Assembly: GCA_051362555.1 (NCBI GenBank)
Contig: JBPQGU010000016.1
Coordinates: 5,580,001-5,644,000, forward strand
Length of the DNA: 64,000 nucleotides
Reading direction: 5' to 3'
Source of the DNA: Lingula anatina
Taxonomy: Eukaryota > Animalia > Brachiopoda
The notes under the pieces were generated by a model. It had not been told where the DNA came from. It did not search any database and saw only the letters and a program-made list of their open reading frames with translations. Both the position numbers and the translations under genes were made by a program. Position 1 is the first letter of the stretch. Each line of letters begins with the position of its first letter. Of this stretch, positions 1-13,263 are shown in pieces.

Positions 1-2302
1 AAGGAATTATGGGAAAAATTTCTACAGACGGCTTTCCAAAAGTCATATGTGTAGATTTCAAATATGCCCTTTGATTTGACCTTTGACCTTTATTTCAAGG
101 TCAAACAGGCAAAAATTTTCAAAAAAATGAATTTTTTTACGAAAAAAAATTTATTTGCGCTGTTATTCAGACACCACACAGACTTAACCAATAATATTAT
201 TGGAAAATGTTACCCTTCAGGTCATCTTTCTTCTGTGTGAATTTGGGGTCAATCGGTGCATTTTCACGGGTGTAGCGGCCATAAGATACCGAAACTGAAA
301 ACTTGCATTTTGTAGAGCATGTAAAGCCCAACACTGGAGGTGGTCTCCGTTTTTTTGTTTTCCATACGGTTTTCGAGTTACGCTGTATCAAAAAGTACAT
401 ATTGGTGGTGAAAACAAAATGTGCAGTACGGTAATGGATAATAAATTTTGAACTCTGGAAAAGTAAAACATAAGGCTTGGCAAAGCAGACAACTTGTGGT
501 CAAAAATGACATTATTTCATCAAATTTGAACTTCTGGAACTTCAGAGCACCTCCCATTTCAAGAATTTTTGACCAAAATGACCTTTTCTTTATTTTAATT
601 AATTTTTTCTGTAGGAAATTTATGGCACATTAAGGTAACTCCGAAATTATAACATTTTGTCCCTTATATCTCCAAAACTGGCAGAGATAGGTCCATAGTT
701 ACTATTGAAGTTGCATAGGAAGTCATATACTGGCAATCTTACTATGACCTTGAAATTGACCTTTGACCTACTTTTCACCATAAATTGAACTTTGCAAATT
801 TTGCTTCCCTTTTATCTCCAAAACTGGCAGAGATAGGTCCATAGTTACTATGGAAGTTGAATAGGAAGTCATATACTGGCAATCTAAATGTGACCTTAAA
901 ATTGACCTTTGACCTACTTTTCACCATGAACTGAACTTTGGAAATTTTGCTTCCCTTTTATCTCCAAAACAAGCAGAGATAGGTCCATAGTTACTATTGA
1001 AGTTGAATAGGAAGTCATATACTGGCAATCTAAATGTGACCTTAAAATTGACCTTTGACCTACTTTTCACCATGAACTGAACTTTGGAAATTTTGCTTCC
1101 CTTTTATCTCCAAAACTAGCAGAGATAGGTCCATAGTTACTATTGAAGTTGAATAGGAAGTCATATATTGGCAATCTAAATGTGACCTTGAAATTGACCT
1201 TTGACCTACTTTTTATCATGAATTGAACTTTGCAAATTTTGGTTCCCTTTTATCTCCAAAACTGGCAGAGATAGGTCCATAGTTACTATTGAAGTTGAAT
1301 AGGAAGTCATATACTGGCAATCTTACTGTGACCTTGAAATTGACCTTTGACCTACTTTTCATCATGAACTGAACTTTGCAAATTTTGCTTCCCTTTTATC
1401 TCCAAAGTTACGCTGTATCAAAAAGTACATTTTGGTGGTTAAAGCAAAATGTGCAGTACGGTAATGGATAATAAATTGTGAACTCCGGAAAAATAAAACA
1501 TAAGGCTTGGCAAAGCAGGCAACTTGTGGTCGAAAATGACATTATTTCATCAAATTTGAACATCTGGAACTTCAGAGTACCTCCCATTTTAAGAGTTTTG
1601 ACCAAAATGACCTTTTCCTTATTTTAATTAATTTTTTCCGTAGGAAATTTATGGCACATTATGGTAACTCCAAAATTATAACATTTAGTCCCTTATATCT
1701 CCAAAACTGGCAGAGATAAGTCCATAGTTACTATTGAAGTTGAATAGGAAGTCATGTACTGGCAATCTTACTGTGACCTTGAAATTGACCTTTGACCTAC
1801 TTTTCACCATGAACTGAACTTTGCAAATTTTGCTTCCCTTTTATCTCCAAAAGTAGCAGAGATAGGTTCATAGTTACTATTGAAGTTGAATAGGAAGTCA
1901 TATACTGGCAATCTAAGTGTGACCTTGAAATTGACCTTTGACCTACTTTTCACCATGAACTGAACTCTGCTAATTTCTTTCTCTTTTAACTCCAAACCTG
2001 GCAGAGATAGGTCCATAGTACTATTGAAGTTGAATAGGAAGTCATATACTGGCAATTTACTGTGACCTTGAAATTGACCTTTGACCTACCTTACGATGAA
2101 CTTAACTTTGATTGTACCATTTTAAGTTATATATATTTTTTGCGTATTTTGAAAATTCTTGTTGATTGCATTTTTATAGCTTGTCAAGCATAAGACTGGT
2201 GGCTGTGTCCCTTATTTTGTGTATGTGGGGGTCTATACAAATGCGCTTGCTCCAGCTGGTGGTACAATATTCGGAGGCGGTATCGCCTCTCTGATCCTCT
2301 AG
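1..2302 (-). mobile_element. Non-autonomous Helentron/HINE-like element with internal 146-bp satellite (truncated by window start)
   Basis: Ends in GGAGGCGGTATCGCCTCTCTGATCCTCTAG (about 2273-2302), the reverse complement of the terminus at 35070. Bases 1-370 match the reverse complement of about 35750-36195. It contains a tandem array. The Helentron class is inferred from the hairpins, subterminal repeats and lack of TSD in the second copy. Confidence 0.7.
667..2110. repeat. 146-bp tandem satellite (5 + about 3 units) within a ~1030-bp higher-order duplication
   Basis: TATCTCCAAA recurs at 667, 813, 959, 1105, 1251 and 1397 (period 146). The unique block starting GTTACGCTGTATCAAAAAGTACAT occurs at 377 and again at 1407, followed by more units. 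Confidence 0.95.
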
Positions 2303-2371
2303 ATTATTAATTGGATTTTTGTTCAGTATTTGTTATGTGTCAGAAGTCCTAAATGTTGAGTGTTCTTCTAG

Positions 2372-4599
2372 CTGATGGGCCACAAAAAGCAGTCCATGCC
2401 CATCTTTGCCTCTCACCTTGGTCTTCTGGAGCCCAGCAAGGGCCCCTTACAGCCCAAGAAAATTCCCCAGCCAGAGAGCCCCCTGGTGGACACAGTGTCC
2501 AGTGTACAGCAGTCTGCCCTCACACCACAGGTACGTCTACTTCAACAGAAGATTGGAGAGTCTTTAGGGATACTACAGTTGATACAGTGATGAGAGTTTG
2601 TTTTGGCTGGTACAGTTTTCAGTTTGCAGCAATGTTCCAAATTCTTCAATGCTTTGGTAATTACTGATACAGTTTGCTACAATGTTCCAAATTCTTCAAT
2701 GCTTTGGTAATTACTTATACAGTTTGCTACAATGTTCCAAATTCTTCAATGCTGTGGTAATTACTGATACAGTTTGCTACATTGTTTTAAATTCTTCTTT
2801 GCTTTGGTAATTACTGATACAGTTTGCTACAATGTTCAATATTCCTTGAAAAGTAGCTGGACTGAATGTCTGCTGGGTGGGAAAACTTCTTGGCCCGTTC
2901 TGAAAGTTGCCGACCCGGGCAGATGGTCCAACGTTAATTTCAAACACTGGCTGTGCTAATTACTGAAACAATTTGCAACATTGTTCTAAATTCTTGGCGC
3001 TGTTGTTTTTACTCTGTAGATTTGAACAACATTGACTGATCAAATTTCAGTGTTTTCTGGGTAGTTCCTGAAATAAGTAAATTAAAAAAAAATTAGTTTT
3101 TGTTCATGTTGGAATTGAGGTTTTTGTAACTTAAAACTCTAAACTATGAAATATTAAGTGTTTGTAACTAGAAAGAAACTTTTCAGTGTGTGTGCATTTC
3201 TGATAATGTTGATCCTTGGTTTGCTTTTTCCTGGATATATTTGATATGAATAATTTAAACATCATTGGGGATGTATGAGTTTAAGGTATTGGTATTTTAT
3301 GGCCAGCATTTGGACGGACTCAAACTGTGTTTTAGCATGTTGGTAGTTCTATAATTTATTGTTGCTAGGAGACTGTCCCCCCAGCGGAGTTTGATTGGAG
3401 CACAAGTGGACTACAGAACCCTTTGGATTGTAAGTAATCTCCATGAAATTTTTCTCTTTACCTTACATAACAGTATCCTTAGGAATTCCTTCCTCTGTCT
3501 TATCACATGTTTACTTACTCATGACAGCAAATGTTTTGATGTATTGAAAGCTCTGTTCTAAGTTCCATTTTTGAAAAGGTTGAAAAATATAGTAGATAAA
3601 TTATCAAGAGGAAATACTCAGTATTTGTGACTGAAGTTTTTTATACTTCTTCCCTAAAACCCAATATCTTATAATTGTGTAAATACAAAGTATCACCTGA
3701 TCAGACTTTTGTGATAAAACTGCTGTACATGAGATTTTTTGTAGACAGTTGGGTCTTAAGTGTGCCATAGTAAGATAAAACTGCCAATTGTCTAAAACAA
3801 AAGTATTAAACTAATCCAAAGAATGGCACATTTATCAAATGTTTTAACATGACATATTTAAGTTGTGTATGGTGTTAAACAATGGAAAATTTATATCATC
3901 ACAAAACATATGAGCTTTATCTTCAAATTTTACGTACAAGTGATATCGTTGGTGTCAGCATTTAAATAGATTAATTTTTGGAGTATTTCCAAAATGCAGC
4001 TATTTACATTCTTTTCTACCTTTGTTTAACAGCATACCTTTACCCCATTATCAATTGTAGTGACAGAGATAACTGGACAAAAATATGCAATTAAAAATTT
4101 TCCCTGCCAGGGAATTTTTTGGCATCCATAAATTCTTTTATACTCACCTGTCATAATTCCTAATAGAAAAATACCCTGTAAATATTATTGAACTTCAACT
4201 GAGTGGTAGAATTTGTGTTAATGTTTGTATTGATTTTACAAATATTTTGTTGATAAGATGAATGAAAAGTTCAAGATTAATCAAACATGATGTATTTATT
4301 GATATATGCAGTCATTAATATACCACAACTTGCCCTGGAATAAATTTTTAAAAATGTAAATAAATAAATAAACAATGTATCTATTGATATTGCAGACATT
4401 AAAATAGCTTAACTTTACCCGTGATAAATAAATTAATAGATATATGATGTATTTATGAATATTGCAGCCACTAATGCAGCACAACTTGACCTAGATTTCT
4501 TTGGCAAAAGTTCTACTGGAAAAAGTGGTAAGTCTTTTTAAAATGTTTTATAATATCACTGTTGTATTTGCCAAAATCTCTATGGAGGACTTCCTCATT

Positions 4600-4632
<33 letters not shown>

Positions 4633-7600
4633 CAAAATTCCCAACAGTACTGCTGATTTCATTCTGTGTAGTGATGTCATATTTTGGTGAATCTTTGACT
4701 TTCTGGGGGATTTTATTCTGTTAATATATATCGGGCTTTTAATAACAATTAAGTTATAGGGTGTATTCACAATGAATCTATCATACTAGCTAGAGCCCAC
4801 TTACTCCACAGGGGACTCTAGCTGAATGCAACCAGATCTTCAGATTAACACGTCTCCTGGCATTGCATAGAATACTGAAAAGCTGGGGATTATAAAAGAA
4901 CATAGGAAACAAGAGGAGGTGTGTTAATTGCACTAACTAGTACCATACATTCATTGTGATTGCACTCTAACTGAAACTCTCAATTTTTATTCATTTTTGT
5001 TGCTATATCATTTTTGAAGAAGCTTGTCTTCAATTACGGTTGTTTGAGAGAGAAAGAAAGAGAGAGAGAAAGGTATACAACTTTGTAAAAAAGGTAGTGG
5101 GTGCAAAACATCCAGAGAATGATAAAACTATTTTCAAATTGTGAGTGTACCACTTTTATTTTCTTTAGCAGACAATTACAGTTTTCATAATCTAATTGTA
5201 ATAACATTTTATGGCAGTGTGGAATGTTTCAATCAAATGTAATATTTGCTGCACAGTTACCTCCATGCCAACTTTTTGTTAACTCTGAAAAAAAAATGCT
5301 GTGAAATGTAATAATTACAATTCTCGTATTCATGATGTCTTTATAGTTAGTGACGCTATTTTAAATGATGGGTAGTTAGGTGTCATCAAAAGAGAATTCT
5401 CACAAGAAGATGACAAGAACTAACAGCAAACAGAGCTGGCAAGGTTTTATTAACCAAAATTATTAACCAAATTTATTGACCAAAAATGTAAGGTCACTGT
5501 TATAGAAGCAAAATTTTCATGTATTGTACATGTTGGCATTGTTGACTCATTGGTAATACTGCAATTACTGCAAATTAATAACATGGGCTCAATGCTTGAC
5601 ATAAATTACATAATGTATTATTAGATCTGTTAAGACAAAGGATGTCTTAAAAACAGAAAATATGCTAAAATGCAATCTGAATTATTTCATCAAAAAGATG
5701 AGTGAAGATTATAGTTAAATAACGTTAAAGCATGATAACCCTGAGACTAAACAGTTTAATGAACTTATAAGCTCATTTGCTTTAACTCAGCATGTCACTT
5801 CTCCAACACATGTCCAGGGCCACACACTCGATCTTGTGTTAACCAGGGCATCTGATGAACTAATTGATTCTTGTTATGTTGGCCCACTAATCTCTGATCA
5901 TCATATTATTCTTACACAAATTAAATGTGGTAGACCACACCCTCAAAGAGAGGCAATCTCATATAGAAAAATCAAAACAATTAACATCTCGGAATTTGAC
6001 GATCATGTAGCTAGTGGTTTATCCTCCCATTGTTTCTCTGGTCTGAATTCCCATGAATGTGCCTTACTGTATGACCAAGTGTTATCCAGTGCGCTTGATA
6101 CGTTTGCTCCAATAAAAATGAAATATGTCGTGAAAAGAGATTTACAACCGTGGATGACTGATGAAATTCTAGAAGCAAAGCGCAATAGGAGAAAAACAGA
6201 AGGATTATGGAGGAAAACTAGACTGACTGTGCATCATCAAATATATAAAGATGAATGTAAGAAAGTGAATCATCTAATTAATGAATCAAAGGCAAAATAC
6301 TTAACGGAAATGATTCAATCTTGTGAGGGTGACAGCAAGGCACTTTTTAGAACAGTGAACGACATGCTGGGAAAAAACAAAAGCACATCTCACCCTGACT
6401 GCGAATCTCTAAAAGACCTTACCAATAGCATGAGTAAATTCTATACTGCAAAGATCGGCAAGATATATGATGATCTGTCATTATTGGAGGACACAGTATC
6501 AAGTCCATCACATCCACCTATAACCGAACTTCTACCGAGGCCAGTATCCACTCTCTCCGCGTTCAGTGTGACAACTGTAACCGAAGTCTCAAAAATCATT
6601 ACGAGTTCGAAAAAGACATCATGTTCTTTAGACCCCATCCCAACAACATTGCTGACCCAGATTCTACCAACTGTCATAAATCCTATCACAGAACTGGTGA
6701 ACTTATGCTTTAAAGAGGGAATATTTCCAGACTCATTCAAAAGTGCAGTAATCAAACCTCTTCTGAAAAAGAATAATTTGGATCATAATGTCTTTAATCA
6801 CTATAGACCTGTGAGTAATCTTTCTTTCTTGTCAAAGGTGGTTGAAAGAGTCATGGCAACGAGGCTGTTTGACCATCTAAAACAGAATAACTTGGTGGAA
6901 CAAATGCAATCGGCTTATAAAGCAAAACATAACACTGAGCTTGCTCTTCTGAGAATAAAAAATGACCTTCTGACTGGTGTTGACAATCATTCTGCAGTCT
7001 TACTGGTGCTATTAGATCTTTCAGCAGCATTTGATACAGTTGACCATGACACTCTTCTATCATTCTTCGAGAAATCAGCTGGAATTAAGGACAAGGCGTT
7101 GTCTCTCCTACGGTCTTATCTTACTGGTAGAACACAGCAGATATCCATCAACGGTGTACTTTCAGATCTTGAGCAGATGATTTTTGGTGTTCCACAGGGC
7201 AGCGTTCTTGGACCGATTAAATTTTGCATGTACACACTACCCTTGGGTGCTATACTACGACATCATCAAGTTGGCTATCACATATATGCAGACGACACCC
7301 AGTTGTACCTTAACTGTGATATTCTTAAGCCTGGAGATGCAATAACTAGAATGACCTATGCCATTTCAGATTTGCGAGAATGGATGATCAAAAGTAAACT
7401 AAAATTAAATGATGAAAAAACCGAATTCATGGTCATCACTCAACCACACTCAAAACACTTAGCTGAAGGACTATCTCTACAAATTGGATCTGCAATAGTT
7501 GGGGTTTCTCCTCATGCAAAAAATCTGGGGGTGTATTTTGATACTACTTTAAACATGGACAAGCAGATAGCCAACGTGAAAAAATCTTGTTTGTATCACA

Positions 7601-10600
7601 TAAGAAACATCAGTTCCCTACGAAATAATTTAACAGATTCTGCCACTGCCACGGTCATTCATGCCCTAGTAACATCAAGGCTTGATTACTGTAACTCCTT
7701 GCTTTATGGATGCGGCATAGAAAGAACAAAGAAAGTCCAACGCATTCAAAATATATCAGCACGTCTTCTTACCCGAACTTCTATGGAGAATCACATGACA
7801 CCGATATTAAAACAACTTCACTGGCTACCTGTAAACGCCCGGATCTTATTCAAACTTTTAACTCATGCTCATGCGGATTTTTACGGACTTGCACCAGATT
7901 TTATTTGTGATCTTGTATCTCATTACACACCAAACCGTACCTTAAGATCTAAGGATCAATTATTACTAAAACCACAGAACGCAAGACTAAAATCTTTTGG
8001 CGAAAAATCATTCCAGTACGCAGCACCACATGAGTGGAATAAATTACCTCTAGACTTGAGAAGCATTAGCTCAGTGAAGGATTTTAAAAAAGCTTTAAAA
8101 ACATACCTTTTTCACAAATTTTATTAAAGAACATTTTATAACTCGGAAATATTAACTGGGCATCATTATCTTAACTCAGACTATTAAGTCATAATTTTAT
8201 TAATTCAATTCATCTTACTGTGTTTTAGGTTTTTAGTTTGTAAAGTCTACAGAACATATTTTATGGATTTTAGACTTTAAATAAATATATTATTATTATT
8301 ATTAAATGGAACACAACTCAAGTGATGCACATATGTTTAAATCAAGTTGAGTCATTTTCCAGAAAAAATGAACATTTGAGTCATGGTAGTGACATAAATT
8401 TTGAGTAATACTTGCATGATTTTGACTTGCCCCATTATGTTTACTGTGTTATCCTCAAGTACTCTTTAGTTGGAAAAAAATCAACAGTAATAATAAAAAT
8501 GCAATAAAAAACTGTCATGCAGATATATGTAACTGTCTTGTGAAGGAGCCCAGTGACACAATAGCACTTTGTTTTTAAAGTTATGTCTTTACCAAACAGA
8601 CTAAAACTGAGATCAATTTACTTGTTTTGATTGAAAATTTTTAAAATCTTGTTGCCAACAAGAATTATCTTGGAATTTGTTCTCCAAATTATATTGTTAT
8701 CAGCACCCTAAAGTCAACAATGCCTGGTTTATAGCTGTACATTCCAGACATTGATAAGACAAGGAAGTGGTAGAGTTTTTCATGTTCAGATAAGCTAACT
8801 TGCCAAGGTGTAGAGATGTGTGTGTGTGTGTGGGGGGTCTGAGTGCAGTTAAAGCTATAAAGTACAGTCATAATTTTCATAAAAAAGGAAGCTGTAACAC
8901 ACAGAAGTCAAGATTACAACTAGCTGTAACACACAGAAGTCAAGATAACAACTAGCTGTAACACACAGAAGTCAAGATTACAACTAGCTGTAACACACAG
9001 AAGTCAAGATTACAACTAGCTGTCTATAAATTGAAGCAAACCTGTTGTTACTGGTTGTCTGATTATATTTATATATTCCACTTTTTGATTACTTTCAGTG
9101 ATGTTTATTTGTTCGCATGAACATATGTGTCTCAAGTGCAATTTATATCATTTTTTTCTAACATTAATTAGTATGATGGCAGTTTTATTCAGTTTTTACT
9201 TGTATCTTTATTGCTATCAGAGGAGTTTGACATTTTATCTGGTAAGTTTGGTTGTTGTATTATTTCTATGTGTTAGACAGAAGGCTGAACTCAAATATGT
9301 ATGCCTCTACATGTGTGGAGAAAATTATTGATCAGTTTCTAGCAAGTTTCCTGATGTTGTTGTTGTTTAATTAAAGGCAGCTCCAGAATTTTCAGGTGGC
9401 CCTCTGAGATTTTTCTAATAAATAGGAAAGAAGCTTTCATGACCTTGACCTTGAACTTGACCATTGGAAAGATCTAGCATATCTCTTATTGGTCAATACT
9501 AATCCTCACAATTCTGTAAATATTTTCATGTGATGTAGCAAATCATTTTAGTGGGAAAAGTGAGATTGTCATGTAATCTAGACAATTGGAAAGATCTAGC
9601 ATATCTGTTATTGGTCAATACTAATCCTCACAATTCTGTAAATATTTTCATGTGATGTAGCAAATCATTTTAGTGGGAAAAGTGAGATTGTCATGTAATC
9701 TAGACAATTGGAAAGATCTAGCATATCTGTTATTGGTCAATACTAATCCTCACAATTCTGTAAATATTTTCTTGTCAAGTAGCAAATCATTTTAAGAGGG
9801 AAAAGTCAGTTTGTCACGAAACCCAGACAATTGGAAAGATCTAGCATATCTGTTATTGATCAATACTAATCCTCTGTAAATATTTTTAATGTCATGTAGC
9901 AAATCATTTTTAGAGGGGAAAGTGGGATTGTTACGTAATTAAGAATATGATGAAATAATTGCCACTTCTTTATGTGCTGGGCATGTATCACTTTCATTTT
10001 TACTGAAGAAAGTTATGCATGTTTCTATATATTACTTTGCTGTTATTGTCGTGTTGCATTTTTTTCACCTGTGTTGTTGCCAGGAGTTCCCTAAGCCACA
10101 GATAGACATATTGATATTACTGGACGACCACATTACCTGACATAATATCAAATCATTACCTGGCATGATATCAAATCTATACAGGGAATGGTCTGCTGGG
10201 AGTTTGGATTTGTGCTTTTCTTGTTGGTTTCTTCTTTGATCTTCTTTTCATCTGTTACAATGGCTCCACTTTTCAGAAAATTGTGCAGAAAATTTAGTTG
10301 TTAAAATAAATCTTTCTTATGGGGCTGGTAAAAAATCCTTTTTCCATTCTTCATATGTATATATGAATGGATCTAAATGAGGCTAAATTTTATTAATTTT
10401 TTTTTTTTTTTCAGCCCTGGAATCAGAGTTTCTTGGAGGATCAGATGTGGACAAGCCTGAGCCAATCAAATCAATACCGCCACTGGAAAATGTCCTGGCT
10501 ACCATGCACTTCACACCAACCAGCGGAGCTCAGAAAAAGAAGAACCAACACTTCAGTCAGGAAGCGCAGGCAGTGATTGCCAAATTCCAAAACTTGGCCT

Positions 10601-10662
10601 TCATGAAAGCCAAGGTCCTCATGTTCCCTTTAAAAGGCTCTGACCCTACCCCTGATCAGTGA
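2372..10662 (+). CDS. AFTPH: Aftiphilin, 3' coding exons (partial): 2372-2530, 3369-3429, 10415-10662
   Basis: AG/GT boundaries are phase-compatible (0, then 1). The translation ...LTPQ|ETVPPAEFDWSTSGLQNPLD|SLESEFLGG...EAQAVIAKFQNLAFMKAKVLMFPLK... matches the recalled aftiphilin C-terminal motifs FDWSSSGLTNPLD and LPDLTFMHAKVLMFP. A small extra exon within 3430-10414 cannot be excluded. Confidence 0.88.
2615..2995. repeat. 50-bp minisatellite, about 4-5 copies plus a degenerate copy
   Basis: ATTCTTCAATGCT recurs at 2641, 2691 and 2741. The unit is TTTGCTACAATGTTCCAAATTCTTCAATGCTTTGGTAATTACTGATACAG. Confidence 0.9.
5725..8303 (+). mobile_element. 5'-truncated L2 (CR1-group) LINE in AFTPH intron
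   Basis: Begins within the endonuclease C-terminus (QHVTSPTHVQGHTLDLV), then RT ORF, short 3' UTR, AATAAA at 8280 and a (TAT)n tail ending near 8303. No clear TSD. Confidence 0.92.
5836..8127 (+). CDS. LINE ORF2 reverse transcriptase (N-terminally truncated; frame open from about 5719)
   Basis: Motifs YRPVSNLSFLSKVVE, LLDLSAAFDTVDH, GVPQGSVLGP and YADD, plus L2-type C-terminal HMTPILKQLHWLPV. No internal stops over 763 aa. Confidence 0.93.
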   Translation: MLTRASDELIDSCYVGPLISDHHIILTQIKCGRPHPQREAISYRKIKTINISEFDDHVASGLSSHCFSGLNSHECALLYDQVLSSALDTFAPIKMKYVVKRDLQPWMTDEILEAKRNRRKTEGLWRKTRLTVHHQIYKDECKKVNHLINESKAKYLTEMIQSCEGDSKALFRTVNDMLGKNKSTSHPDCESLKDLTNSMSKFYTAKIGKIYDDLSLLEDTVSSPSHPPITELLPRPVSTLSAFSVTTVTEVSKIITSSKKTSCSLDPIPTTLLTQILPTVINPITELVNLCFKEGIFPDSFKSAVIKPLLKKNNLDHNVFNHYRPVSNLSFLSKVVERVMATRLFDHLKQNNLVEQMQSAYKAKHNTELALLRIKNDLLTGVDNHSAVLLVLLDLSAAFDTVDHDTLLSFFEKSAGIKDKALSLLRSYLTGRTQQISINGVLSDLEQMIFGVPQGSVLGPIKFCMYTLPLGAILRHHQVGYHIYADDTQLYLNCDILKPGDAITRMTYAISDLREWMIKSKLKLNDEKTEFMVITQPHSKHLAEGLSLQIGSAIVGVSPHAKNLGVYFDTTLNMDKQIANVKKSCLYHIRNISSLRNNLTDSATATVIHALVTSRLDYCNSLLYGCGIERTKKVQRIQNISARLLTRTSMENHMTPILKQLHWLPVNARILFKLLTHAHADFYGLAPDFICDLVSHYTPNRTLRSKDQLLLKPQNARLKSFGEKSFQYAAPHEWNKLPLDLRSISSVKDFKKALKTYLFHKFY
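8891..9023. repeat. 32-bp minisatellite x4
   Basis: GCTGTAACACACAGAAGTCAAGATTACAACTA repeated from 8891 with period 32. Confidence 0.95.
9463..9940. repeat. ~122-bp tandem repeat x4
   Basis: Units begin ATTGGAAAGATCTAGCATATCT, with equivalent positions at 9481, 9603, 9725 and 9848. Confidence 0.93.
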
Positions 10663-13234
10663 TCTGCTGTCCAAGGAATATGTGACAATCATCATCATCA
10701 TTATTGCTCCTCCTCTATTCTTGTTACAAATCTCTTGATTGACCAATGCCATTGCAGCCATTTATGAATGAAAAGGTTTTGTGTGAATGCCAGAACAGCT
10801 TATTGCAAAATGCCAAATTATTCCTCATATTTTTCCTGAATGTGCATGATCTCTTAACATAAGTTTCATTCAGAATTGTCTTGGTTGGTTTACTCAGACT
10901 GAGTGAGGGGGCAACTTAAAGGCATTTCAGAATGTGGTGCCTGTTATACTTCTCGAATTTAGGGAATTTACTGTGTGCAAAGTAATCTTTTGATTCTTGT
11001 AGTAACAAAGGTAAAATACAAGATAGACCATTCTATGTCCATGCTAGCTTATAAGTTTTCACTTAATGCTGTAAATTGTTGATAAAGGGTAAAAAAAAAC
11101 CTATATGACTGAGTAACAGAAGTGTAGGACTGACCCTACGTATTTCTTTACTAATATACTGTTTTTTTGTTTTTTTTCAAACAGTTTGCTACTTATAACA
11201 TTGTTTATCAGGCTATAGAAATAAGGAAAGGTAGTAACATAAAGCTAGAACTGTGGTACTTGTTGAGGTCAACTCTAGACATCTAGCTCTAATTTGTTAA
11301 TAGCAGGCGCCCTGAGTTTCAGAATATATTTGAATGATGTCTCTAACACTAGAACCCGCACATTGTTATTTCAATATAAAAAATATCTACTGGTAGTGGT
11401 GATAGAAGCCAGTTTCCATGAAACTTTGAGTCTGTTAACATTGTGATACTGGGTACCTGTATGTAGGTGAGAATTACAAATAACATAAGAAACAGAAACC
11501 ACTTTAAACTTGCCATTATTTATTTTTATGAAGAATTTAACGGAATTCCAAGTTTCATCAAAGTCAAGCTTTTGTATGAAATTGTTTTATTTACTTTACA
11601 AGTAAGCTACTGGAAACGTAAATATTGAAGGCATTTGATTTTAATCATAGAATATATTAAATTTATTATAATAATATTATAATAGTAATATATTAAAATT
11701 ATTATAATAACAACTCGAGGCTATCATTCCTTATCCCAGTTGGTATTCAAGTAAAAAAATATATTGTTTTGTGATTGAATTGGTATTTTATTGATTAAAT
11801 AATAAACAAATGGCATCACTAATTTAAATTAGAAACAACCTAAATGTAGTAAAACAAATGTTTGGTTATCATTTTGCTGCAGATATTCATTTCTTTAAAG
11901 GTGCCATATACATGAAGTAGCAATAGAATTGACTTGTATAATATATGTGTTATTATCAGAGAATTTGCAAAAGTTACTTCATTTGTGAATTTTTTGAATG
12001 CATATTTGATGCCATGAAGGGAGAATATTTTTATTGGAGTAAATGAGTTTTGCAAATTGATACCCAATCTGTAACAACTATGTTTATATATTAAAACTAT
12101 GAAAATTATTTCAAAATCAAAATTCAAGATTCTATACAGGGGTTCCATCAGTTCTTTAATATATATGGTGATGAATTTCATTTGAAAATATTCAAAAATA
12201 ACATAGAAAATAGATTTGGATACATCATTTTGAATTACCAAATACAAGAAAAGTAATACATATTGGGTAATAATGAATTTCTATTGGAACAGTGTAAAAC
12301 CATATCTTGGGGTAATTCTGAAATGAAACTTGGTATTTTCATCTGCTCTTTGAGTGTTTACAAATATTAATTTCAAGTTCTATGTCCTTTTGTGTGTAAT
12401 AAAACACTTGTCATTAAACAACGTGCATTATGTGCCAGTAAAAGTATTGAAATTTCTTCATGAAAGACATTAAGGGTTATAAGGAGCATCTTTGGCAAGC
12501 TCAGGAGATCAGTACTTATGTTTCCATTTTTTTTTTTCAAAGATAATACAATTTATGACCAGGCTACTGTAACATAATGTAATTTATAAAAACTGAGGCT
12601 ATAAAACTCGATTATGTGATTTTCCTGGACAGGAACACTTGCTTGTTTTACTGTCTGTGACATAGTCTAGAATTGTTCTTTGTAAAGAAAAACTTTCATT
12701 GTTTTTCTCCCCTTCACAATACTGGCCACTTGCCAAGTTTCCTTCCAGTTATCAAAACAGGATTTAGATGTTAACGACGCCATGTGGTTGTAGCTGTGTC
12801 AGTAGGTAGTGTTGTCTAAAATATACCAGTTCATTAGCTAACAACACTGTTTTAATAGAACACCAATCCAAGGAGAATTTTTCGGTACTCACAAGGTAGA
12901 GAAATATTGCAACAGATAGAAAAACTTTCTCTATTTAATAATATATTCTTATAAAAGTAATATTTGCTCTTTACTAGATATAGTATTGTTCCTTGTGGTC
13001 TGTTAATATATGTATGACTGATGTGATGATATGTGCAATATAACCTGAGACAGTGCTAAACATGAGGTAATGAAGTCAATCCATTCCAAAATATTGGTTT
13101 TATGTTAAAAAGAGGGTGCGCTGGGTGAGAGAAGTAGTTTGTGTTGTTATGTGGACCGCATCAGTTGTCAACTGTTGTTCTTTGGGGTTGTATTTTTGAT
13201 GTTAGGTGAAGACTGTAAATAATTAAACAGTTGC

Positions 13235-13263
13235 AATAAAATGATTGCTCGAAAGAAATAAAA
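13235..13263 (+). terminator. Candidate distal polyadenylation signals of AFTPH
   Basis: Two AATAAA at 13235 and 13258, followed by GT/T-rich sequence. More proximal signals also exist, and usage is inferred. Confidence 0.35.

Noticed and set aside
5700-8320. Target-site duplication for the L2 element
   Set aside because: Only a short TTAAA similarity in AT-rich DNA, not distinguishable from chance.
8891-9023. 32-bp repeats resembling a CRISPR array
   Set aside because: Head-to-tail units with no spacers, no cas genes and a eukaryotic intron context.
11840-12247. 135-aa minus-strand ORF
   Set aside because: AT-rich, low-complexity translation within the probable AFTPH 3' UTR, with no motif.
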